Under the pieces are notes generated by a model. That model saw nothing but the letters and a program-made list of their open reading frames with translations, was not told the DNA's origin and searched no databases. Both the position numbers and the translations under genes were made by a program. Shown here piece by piece: positions 1 to 7,279 of a stretch of 20,136 nucleotides of DNA. This stretch comes from an uncultured archaeon (GTDB lineage Archaea; Asgardarchaeota; Heimdallarchaeia; Heimdallarchaeales; Kariarchaeaceae). Positions within the stretch are counted from its first letter, which is position 1. Every line of letters begins with the position of its first letter. The stretch covers positions 1-20,136 of the forward strand of contig CAZYCQ010000056.1 in the NCBI GenBank assembly GCA_964645535.1, given 5' to 3'.

Positions 1-974
1 GATATACTATATAAACTTCGCCCATAGGTTGGGATCATGGGGCGATTTATGTTTAATTTATTTTTTCTTGCCAAATAAAAAGTCATTGCAGTGGAAAAAA
101 TAAATCCTTGAATTTGAGAAGTGATCGGATCCTTTGACAATTTTACCGAAACAGTTGAAATGGCATTTGGTATTTTAGATATCGTTTTCTGAACTAACTC
201 CGCGTTTAAGTCGGTGTGGATAATGAAAATTGCAGTATCTTCACCATATTTATTTAACCAATTATGTCGACCGTGACCGAAATTTCTAATATCGGAAATC
301 ATAGAAATACCAATAGCTCCTTCTGAAAACTTTGTTTCTAGATCAATTGCAATTGATTTTGTTTGGGGTTCATATAAGATTATATAATACTTTTTTGGGT
401 CGAAAACTCCTTTTTTTTGACCGTGCATGACAAGCTCAGGTAATTTAAAATCTACCGTATCTGTATCTTTACCAATAGTATAATAATAAAGAAGAAGAAA
501 ATAATAGGGGGAATCTATAGCCAAAAATCGGTCACGATTATTTTTTATATTTCCTACGACCACTTTGTGGATTAATCCTTTTGCACTAAATTTTTTATAC
601 AAGGGCGAGTTAGTTTTTAAAGTAATAAGTGCTAGATCATGGAAATCATGGAAAATCGCAAAATCAAAAGATTTTAGAATGTCTTTATTCTTGCCTCCAG
701 CAGAAATCAATAGAACTGAAAAATCATTCTGATAAGGTTGTATACTTTCAATAAATTCAAATGGAGTATAGGCAAATGAGGTGAACTTGAGATAAGCACT
801 ATGAAGGAAAGACAATGATTCAGCAACAGAAAAAGAGCCACCAGACCCAATAAAATAAAAATCATTCTGAAAAAATAATCCTCCAATTTTTTGATGAATA
901 TTATGGCGGATATCTGTTGCGATAGATTTAACCCTTTAAAGTTCAAAATGAAATTGATCAGATAATACATCCAT
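1..974 (-). pseudogene. SIS (sugar isomerase)-domain protein, 3' part beyond the window edge, interrupted by an in-frame TAA at 936-938
   Basis: Manual translation of the minus strand: ATG at 972-974 gives MDVLSDQFHFEL*RVKSIATDI...; the frame is then stop-free from 935 to the window edge (311 codons). It contains FIGSGGS, LLISAGGKNKDI, DRFLAIDS, DLETKFSEG, DIRNFGHGRHNWL and RPMIPTYGRSLY, consistent with tandem SIS domains. It is absent from the supplied ORF track. Confidence 0.75.
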
Positions 975-1411
975 ACAGAAAGATTGATGATTAAATCATA
1001 AAAATTTCCTTTCGTTCATGAGAAGAAATTTGCCGACTCCAATTTCATATTTTGGTGAAGTTCAAAGAGATAGATTAGAGAAGCATCAACAATGAATGAT
1101 TGTTGTAAGTACAAAATAAAAACTTAAAACAAAAGGCAAAGGAGGGACAAAAATAGGACAACCTTGCTCAATCTGGAGGATATCCGTTCTTTTCTGCAAA
1201 GTGAATTGGAAATCTTTTAGAAAGTCGAATCCCTAAATGAAATAGTGAAAAGGCTAGGAAAGATCCTGTGGAGATCAATTGTATTCGCAGCCCTCTTTGT
1301 TCCAGGCTTTTTCCCCATGGTGATGGTGGCTGCTGTTTACATCTATACACACATTCCGGCTTAATATGTTTAAATCCTGAAGTGATCCATGAGAGAGAAA
1401 CGCTAAAATAG

Positions 1412-2617
1412 GTGAGTAAAGCGGAAATATATGTGGAAATAATAAGGGGGTTTGAGCATGTCCTCGAACGGGAGCGGACGTCGTCAACATATAAGTACGC
1501 CTTATTGGCGTCCTTGATGGATTACATCATTGAAAATCCTGCAGAACTGCCAAAGAACGGCTCCCATTATATCCCCCTTATCTACATCGCCAAACGATAC
1601 CTCTTCTATTACTTCCCCACTGTCTATCCCGAACAGGTAAAGCAAGGAACATCGAAAAACCAGGAGATACAGAAAGAAATCAAGGAAAAACTCGGAAAGA
1701 CCGGTCCAAAGGAAATGGAATATGTTGTCACAATCAGGGATCTAATCGAAACAGGAGAGGAACTTCCCGAAAATCTGGTCAGATTATTGCTCAGAATTCG
1801 CCAGATAATAATTGACCAACCACTCAAGTATATCAAGTCACGGGAAAATCAACTGAATGAAGATATCAAAGGAACCAACATCAAACTGAAGGAAGAACAG
1901 TTCACTCTTTTTGGATTGACCAATACCAAAACAGGAGAACCATTCAACTATGAAAAGGCGCGTGAAAACGCACAATGGCAAGAAAAACGAACTGCACAGA
2001 CCTTTCAGGAATTGGAAGCCGCAGAATTCTGCTATATTTCCCTTGGTGCCTATACTTACAGAGAACTCACAAAGTATAGGTATTTCTTGAAGGATGCCAT
2101 ACTTAAAAGATGGATAGAGAAAACAAGAGAGTACCTTGAAAAGGAGAACAGCAATGTCTTCCAAGGGCTGAACCAGTTCATTAAAGGACTGAGCATCATC
2201 AACAAAGATCCAGACAGAGACAACGCTTTCATCCAAAAGTTCAGAAACGCTCTCTTCAAACACCAAAAGGACATAACATGCATCTACTGCAATAGGCCAC
2301 TATCCAAGGAGACAATCGAGATTGACCATTTCATTCCATGGAGCAAATTGCCAGTCAACAAATTCTGGAACCTCTTCCCCTCATGCAAGGAATGCAATGG
2401 AAAAAAATCCGACAGGCTTGTGGAAATCAATGAGAAACTCAAAAGTACAATGAAAAACTATCTGGAACAATTATTCTCATTGTTTGAACAACATAGGGAA
2501 TATGCCCTCATCTTTGGATCAAAATTTGACCAAGAACTTCTAGACAAAAACAAAAAACATGAAAACATTAGAATCTATCTTGAAAGATTGCAGGAAATTA
2601 TGGAGACCATGTTCTAA
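1412..2617 (+). CDS. HNH endonuclease-domain protein (putative restriction/defence nuclease)
   Basis: 401-aa ORF with GTG start. N-terminal STYKYALL motif; C-terminal CIYC...EIDHFIPWS...NKFWNLFPSCKECNGKKSD zinc-finger HNH signature. Confidence 0.88.
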   Translation: MSKAEIYVEIIRGFEHVLERERTSSTYKYALLASLMDYIIENPAELPKNGSHYIPLIYIAKRYLFYYFPTVYPEQVKQGTSKNQEIQKEIKEKLGKTGPKEMEYVVTIRDLIETGEELPENLVRLLLRIRQIIIDQPLKYIKSRENQLNEDIKGTNIKLKEEQFTLFGLTNTKTGEPFNYEKARENAQWQEKRTAQTFQELEAAEFCYISLGAYTYRELTKYRYFLKDAILKRWIEKTREYLEKENSNVFQGLNQFIKGLSIINKDPDRDNAFIQKFRNALFKHQKDITCIYCNRPLSKETIEIDHFIPWSKLPVNKFWNLFPSCKECNGKKSDRLVEINEKLKSTMKNYLEQLFSLFEQHREYALIFGSKFDQELLDKNKKHENIRIYLERLQEIMETMF

Positions 2618-2672
2618 AAGGACATCATCAAAATCATTATTAACTAAGCAGTCTAAAGTCAATTAGTCACAT

Positions 2673-2744
2673 GCGCCGATGGCAGAGTGGCTTATGCAGC
2701 GGTCTGCAAAACCGCGTACGGGGGTTCGATTCCCTCTCGGCGCT
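2673..2744 (+). tRNA. tRNA-Cys(GCA), intronless, CCA not encoded
   Basis: Acceptor stem GCGCCGA(2673-2679)/TCGGCGC(2737-2743); D arm GCAG-AGTGGCTT-ATGC; anticodon stem GCGGT/ACCGC with loop CTGCAAA (GCA at 2706-2708); T arm GGGGG-TTCGATT-CCCTC; discriminator U. Confidence 0.96.
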
Positions 2745-2750
2745 TTTTTT
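2744..2750 (+). terminator. Oligo-T tract after the tRNA, likely archaeal terminator
   Basis: Run of 7 T starting at the discriminator position, directly 3' of the acceptor stem. Confidence 0.5.
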
Positions 2751-2774
2751 CCCTCCTGAGACCTAGATGTTTCT

Positions 2775-2915
2775 TCAGGTTTTCTTTATTTCTTTGATCA
2801 TTTCAGAAATATTTCCTTTGATCTGGCATAATTTTTTCACAAATTTGTACTTATGTTGTTTGGTCATATCAATCCATTTGAAACCCTGAAATTGGGGAAC
2901 TTCTTGATTAGACAT
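2775..2915 (-). CDS. Possible small basic hypothetical protein (46 aa)
   Basis: ATG at 2913-2915 to TGA at 2775-2777: MSNQEVPQFQGFKWIDMTKQHKYKFVKKLCQIKGNISEMIKEIKKT. No recognisable motif. Confidence 0.25.
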   Translation of the reverse strand: MSNQEVPQFQGFKWIDMTKQHKYKFVKKLCQIKGNISEMIKEIKKT

Positions 2916-3292
2916 TCAACATTGTCTATGGAGTTTCTTTTTGCATCCCCAATTTTCGAATAACTATCTGAGAGATGATGAAAACCGAATTTACGGAGTA
3001 TATTTCCAGAGTAATCCAATGAAAAGGCAAGGAGATAGATTGCATCTATATTAGAAACTCATGAGAAAATAAACGAATTTCCAGAAGGTATTGTATTGTG
3101 TGTAATTGTGGGGAGTATACTTTTTTTTGACAGGAGGATGCAAACACAGGAATTTCCTATCCAAACAAAATTTTTTTCAGTTTCATCAATATAAAACCTA
3201 ATATATGGCTAATGTGACGGAGGCATTGCATAGATGGATATATTCGCAAAGAATATATACAGGATAAGCAAATTGTAGAGAGGTAGATAGTT

Positions 3293-3562
3293 ATGGAATT
3301 CTGTCCGGAATGTGATGCGTTGTTGGTACTTGATCCCAAACAAAGCAAGAAAGGAAAACCTGTATTCAAATGCAGGGACTGCAACTATAGTTCCACAGAT
3401 GAGAACATCATAAAAGAGTATATCATCACTGAGGAGATACCTCATTCAGAGAAGGAAAAAGTTGAAGTCATAGAAGGGGAGGATGACTACGCAATCAATC
3501 CCGAGCTTCGGGAAGAATTGACAGAACAGTTTCGGGAATCCTTGGAAGGTTTTGAGTACTGA
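3293..3562 (+). CDS. RpoM/TFS (Rpb9/C11-like) N-terminal zinc-ribbon protein lacking the C-terminal ribbon
   Basis: MEFCPECDALL...FKCRDCNY matches the TFS/RpoM N-ribbon, followed by a linker (YIITEEIPH...KVEVIE) and an acidic tail. No second CxxC pair and no ADE motif. AGAGGT precedes the ATG. Confidence 0.78.
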   Translation: MEFCPECDALLVLDPKQSKKGKPVFKCRDCNYSSTDENIIKEYIITEEIPHSEKEKVEVIEGEDDYAINPELREELTEQFRESLEGFEY

Positions 3563-3615
3563 GAGCTAACTTTGATGCATAAAGTACAAAAGGAACTGTT
3601 TCTTTAATAGTTTGG

Positions 3616-4587
3616 ATGGCTGATTTGCGGGCGGTTGTCACAGGGGCAACCGGATTGGTCGGTTTTCATGTAAGTTCTGAGCTATTGAAACAAGGGTATA
3701 GGGTAATGGCCTTGGGGAGAAATGCAGACATCTTGGAGGAATTGGAGGGACTTGGAGCAGAGGCCTTCCATTTGGACATCAGAGCCGATCTGAAGGAATG
3801 GCCGACATTTGACCAAGGAGCAGTGTGGGTTCACTGTGCAGCGGCAGTTTCTGGCGCATCAAGTGACATTTTGTGGGACGTTAATGTAGAGGGTACGAGA
3901 AAGGTAATTGAGACAGCCATTGAGGAGAAGGGGAAAAGGTTCATTCATACCTCATCGATTGCCACCTATGATATGGAGATTGGACGGGCATTTCGGGAGG
4001 GAGACCCATTACGACCGGGTTCCGAATATGGAAGGACAAAACTTGAGGCTGACCGTCTTGTGACTTCCATGCTCAAGGGGGTCATTCCGTATACCATTTT
4101 CAAGCCACCATTCATCATTGGTCCACGGGATCGGAACTTCACATATGAGGTGTACCGCCGCCTTGAAAACGGGAAGCTACCGTTACTTACACGTGACGGG
4201 AGAATCGGTTTGATCGATGCGCGGGATCTTGCGGAGACCTATGTCCAGGCAGTGGAAATTAAGGACATGTTTGATCAGACGTATAACATTCAGTCTTTTG
4301 CGGTATCGTTCCATGAATTTGTTCAGACACTTTGCAGAATTAGTGGACTTGAACCGCCGAAACGCAAGACACCCTATCCTTTGGCTTATATTGCGGCAAT
4401 CGGTGTTGAGTTTGTGAACAAGCTTCGCGGAAGGAATTCAGAACGGGGGCTTTCTCGTTATCGAATCAAGACCTTGACCCAAGACAGGATTCTGGATACG
4501 GAAAAATTGAGGACGGTAATGGAATTCCATCCCAGACCATGGACTCGATCCTTGGAAGATTGGTTTTCTGAATTTTCCGGGAAATAG
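3616..4587 (+). CDS. NAD-dependent epimerase/dehydratase family protein (extended SDR, 3-beta-HSD-like)
   Basis: VTGATGLVG Rossmann motif, HCAA, NVEGT, HTSSIATY, catalytic YGRTK, IIGPRD. Confidence 0.9.
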   Translation: MADLRAVVTGATGLVGFHVSSELLKQGYRVMALGRNADILEELEGLGAEAFHLDIRADLKEWPTFDQGAVWVHCAAAVSGASSDILWDVNVEGTRKVIETAIEEKGKRFIHTSSIATYDMEIGRAFREGDPLRPGSEYGRTKLEADRLVTSMLKGVIPYTIFKPPFIIGPRDRNFTYEVYRRLENGKLPLLTRDGRIGLIDARDLAETYVQAVEIKDMFDQTYNIQSFAVSFHEFVQTLCRISGLEPPKRKTPYPLAYIAAIGVEFVNKLRGRNSERGLSRYRIKTLTQDRILDTEKLRTVMEFHPRPWTRSLEDWFSEFSGK

Positions 4588-4595
4588 GGATTAGG

Positions 4596-5723
4596 ATGGA
4601 AGCCACTGAGTTTTTTATTACAGGGGTAAAGGCATTCTGGAAGGGGGAGTTGGTAGAATGCGCCTTGATTGTCAAAGAAACGGAGGTCATCTTTGGGAAG
4701 GAGATACCGCTGAAGGCAAGAGCAACTAGATCTGAGAGAGTCGAACTGGATGCAGAAGGAGCTCTGATGATGCCTCTTCTTCAGGATCAACTTTCTTTTC
4801 TTCCAGTTAACAGTCACGAATCTGATTTGCAACGACTGCGGGAGACACTGTATAGTGGCGGTATTGAAGGAGGATTGCTGGTACCAGAAGATACGACCTC
4901 GAGGGTCAAATGGCTCGATCTTGGCAGGAGGATCCGGAAGGTCTTTGGCTTGGCTTGGAGATTCGGTGGTCCTGAAGCACATATCCGCAGATGGGCCCAA
5001 TTAGGGAGGGAACTGCCGCCATTGGTGGTGGTTGAATCCGTGCAGGCACTCCAATCAAAGGGAGAACAGTTAAGGCTCTGTGAAGCACAGGATCATCGTG
5101 GAATAGAACATCGTCATATGTTTACCCCCTTTACCTACTCCAAGTCAATGCTTCCCCTTATTTTGGAAGAACAGCGGTCTAATGAGACAATCAATGAGAC
5201 AATACAGAGACTATACAGTGAAGTTGAGGAAATCGAAGCAGCAGGCAAGGCGGAGGAAGTGAAGAATCCATTGCTTGGCACCACAATTGCGCATGGGTAT
5301 GACAAAGCCTATCCCTTTCTTGGGTCATTGCTGTTGGATCAGAAATCCAATATTCAGAAGGCAAACCTGATTCCACTTCGGAGTCCAAAAATGAGGTTCC
5401 AGCTCTTACAAAGCTTCAGAAGGCAGTCACGAATTGATATCTGTGTAGGCAACGGGATGGAAGGCCAAGAAGAATTGGATCTAGGTCATCCCCTTGCCTC
5501 CATGGCACTTCCCTTGTTAATTGACCAACTCAAACCTTTCCTGTCGTGGGTAGCCATCTGGAAAAAGTTAGGAGGAAAGGAAACACTGAATGCATTTGCC
5601 TTGCTTAAGAAATCAACCTTGCAGGACAAAAGGAAGATTGACCTCCCCTTTGGTTTACCGTTGCCAAAATTCCATGTTTCGCATACCTTCCGTAATGGGA
5701 CATTGATATACGAACGAAGCTAG
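4596..5723 (+). CDS. Dihydroorotase/allantoinase-like amidohydrolase-fold protein, metal ligands degenerate
   Basis: N-terminal beta region ending LDAEGALMMPLLQDQLSF (where PGxIDxHxH is expected), YSGGI, KANLIPLRS...RIDICVGNG (where NPPLR...IDxIxSDHAPH is expected), LPLLID, and C-terminal VSHTFRNGTLIYE. Confidence 0.65.
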   Translation: MEATEFFITGVKAFWKGELVECALIVKETEVIFGKEIPLKARATRSERVELDAEGALMMPLLQDQLSFLPVNSHESDLQRLRETLYSGGIEGGLLVPEDTTSRVKWLDLGRRIRKVFGLAWRFGGPEAHIRRWAQLGRELPPLVVVESVQALQSKGEQLRLCEAQDHRGIEHRHMFTPFTYSKSMLPLILEEQRSNETINETIQRLYSEVEEIEAAGKAEEVKNPLLGTTIAHGYDKAYPFLGSLLLDQKSNIQKANLIPLRSPKMRFQLLQSFRRQSRIDICVGNGMEGQEELDLGHPLASMALPLLIDQLKPFLSWVAIWKKLGGKETLNAFALLKKSTLQDKRKIDLPFGLPLPKFHVSHTFRNGTLIYERS

Positions 5724-6193
5724 TCTTTCAGATCGAAGTCAATGTCATGCCTTGCCTCTTCTTTTTGGGCAATGTATTCTTCCCATAAAGCTCGGGAAAT
5801 GTAGATGGGGGCATCATTCAGCACAGCAAGGAGGGTGGCATGGCTGGGGATCATTGAGAAGGAAATTGATTGGGAGAACCCTTCGGGTTGGAGCCAGATT
5901 GTCGCCTGATATACTCCAGTTCCGGGGACAACAGAATCAATTTCCACTTTTTCGACCAATGCAAGTTGACCGACGAGGTCATGTATTCGCAGACGGGAAT
6001 CTTGGATTTCCTGACCGTTTTGGTAAGCAGAGATTGCAATTGCGATTTCGAGGGGAATCATGCTCATGATAAAATCACTGCCATTTCTCAGGAGGAATCT
6101 CAGGAATGGGAGAGTTCTTTGTTCAAGCAGTTCCTCATTATGAGCGAGTGTGAGAACTTGGAGGTCGTCCACGGGGATGAATTCGTCGGTCAT
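5720..6193 (-). CDS. Bifunctional nuclease domain (DUF151) protein
   Basis: IAIAI...RLRIHDL...KVEIDS...VYQATI...IPSHATLLA...APIYIS follows the DUF151 pattern. It shares CTAG (5720-5723) stop codons with the convergent gene. Confidence 0.75.
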   Translation of the reverse strand: MTDEFIPVDDLQVLTLAHNEELLEQRTLPFLRFLLRNGSDFIMSMIPLEIAIAISAYQNGQEIQDSRLRIHDLVGQLALVEKVEIDSVVPGTGVYQATIWLQPEGFSQSISFSMIPSHATLLAVLNDAPIYISRALWEEYIAQKEEARHDIDFDLKD

Positions 6194-6267
6194 ATATCAC
6201 GTATTAGATTCACAAGCAGGTAGAAAAGGTTTATCTTTTGAGTAAAGGCACAGAACTGTTTGAGTGC

Positions 6268-7194
6268 CTATTTTTGGGTGGTGAAATGTTGAATAACCGA
6301 GACAAGTTGGGAAGGGCTTTCTCCCACCAAATATGTAATTCCTTCAATACCGATTGCCGGAGTTCCGACAAAAGCAACAGGTGGCTGTGATTGCAAGGAA
6401 GAAAGTAAGTTGCGAACTTCAGATTTCTTCAAAGTATCGAAGCTGAGATCAACCACCTCAACAATTTTTTGGGGGATTTCTTTTGGGAGAGAGGAAGATT
6501 TCAGGGTAACAAGACATCTTGCATTTTTCAGATACTCTGCGATGAGCAAAAGAATTTTTGAAGAGTGGGTGGATGCCCCGAATTCTGGAGTGGAAGGATA
6601 GATAAGCCTTCTTTTGTGCTTGCGAATTCTTCCAGGAAATCCTGCCACATCAAGGTCATTTTTGGGGGCATTTGTCGTATAGATGAATTGCATACCGATT
6701 TCCGGAACCAAAGCAACGACGTCATTGATTTGTTCCAATCTCTCAATGGCTTTTTTCAAATCGGAGATGATTTTGAATCTATCGGCCTGTATTAATTCGA
6801 TTGGTTGGCCACCACCATGGCAGGCAGTGCAGTTAATCTTCTTGAGTTCGGGATAGGCCAAGTAGTGCAGGTTGCAGGTTGGACCATTGATGCGCAGAAG
6901 CTTACATGTTCTGCATATTTGTTCAATTGCTTTGGGAACACCTTCCCGTTGGTTGACAAGAAGGATTTCGGTGATTTCCGAGGCCACTTGTTTCGCTAGC
7001 TTGTCAAAAACTTTGTCAGTCTCGTTTGAAAGCTCTTTCTCCCTTTTCTTGAGAGAACTTACAAGTCCTTGGGAAATGGAAAGTAGGTTTGCGATTTCCT
7101 GTTGTTTGAGGCCTTTCCGTGCCAGATTTTTTACCGTATGGAATCTGACTCGAGAGATATATGGTTCAGTGATGAGTTCACAAGGCATTTTCAT
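6268..7194 (-). CDS. thiR: ThiR-type transcriptional regulator (HTH + thiamine-phosphate synthase ThiN domain)
   Basis: N-terminal PCE...GLKQQEIANLLSISQGLVS helix-turn-helix, Cys cluster (CRTC, CNLH, CTAC) and C-terminal ThiN-like LVPEIGMQ...DVAGFPGRI...PEFGASTH. Divergent from the thiamine ABC genes. ATG at 7194 preferred over TTG at 7206. Confidence 0.82.
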   Translation of the reverse strand: MKMPCELITEPYISRVRFHTVKNLARKGLKQQEIANLLSISQGLVSSLKKREKELSNETDKVFDKLAKQVASEITEILLVNQREGVPKAIEQICRTCKLLRINGPTCNLHYLAYPELKKINCTACHGGGQPIELIQADRFKIISDLKKAIERLEQINDVVALVPEIGMQFIYTTNAPKNDLDVAGFPGRIRKHKRRLIYPSTPEFGASTHSSKILLLIAEYLKNARCLVTLKSSSLPKEIPQKIVEVVDLSFDTLKKSEVRNLLSSLQSQPPVAFVGTPAIGIEGITYLVGESPSQLVSVIQHFTTQK

Positions 7195-7218
7195 GGGATT
7201 GATCAACCCCGTCCAAGA

Positions 7219-7248
7219 TTATTAGGGATTAATATCACCCTATAATAA
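7219..7248. promoter_or_regulatory. Imperfect palindrome in the thiR/thiB divergent promoter, candidate ThiR operator
   Basis: TTATTAGGG-ATTAATATCA-CCCTATAATAA with arms TAGGG/CCCTA; nested TATCAC-CCT-ATAATA at 7233-7247. It overlaps AT-rich TATA-like sequence about 30-60 nt upstream of thiB. Confidence 0.5.
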
Positions 7249-7279
7249 CCCTCAAATTAATGGCTTCAAAAGGGTTCAT

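Noticed and set aside
636-653. Tandem 9-nt repeat ATCATGGAA x2
   Set aside because: Only two copies, in frame inside the SIS gene (FHDFHD); not an array.
719-870. 14-nt direct repeat AAAAATCATTCTGA at 719-732 and 857-870
   Set aside because: Two low-complexity copies within coding sequence (both QNDF). The spacing does not fit CRISPR and there is no att or target-site-duplication context.
936-938. Programmed stop-codon recoding or an alternative genetic code
   Set aside because: The codon is TAA, not the TGA/TAG used for Sec/Pyl, and TAA terminates other genes in the window normally.
707-970. 87-aa hydrophobic minus-strand ORF from the track
   Set aside because: It overlaps the SIS-domain frame out of frame, and that frame has clear motifs; the hydrophobicity reflects AT-rich shadow translation.
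4458-5000. 180-aa antisense ORF, and the other short overlapping ORFs in the track
   Set aside because: These are shadow ORFs of well-supported genes and carry no motifs.
7207-7279. TPP riboswitch upstream of thiB
   Set aside because: The region is short and AT-rich and lacks the conserved CUGAGA core.
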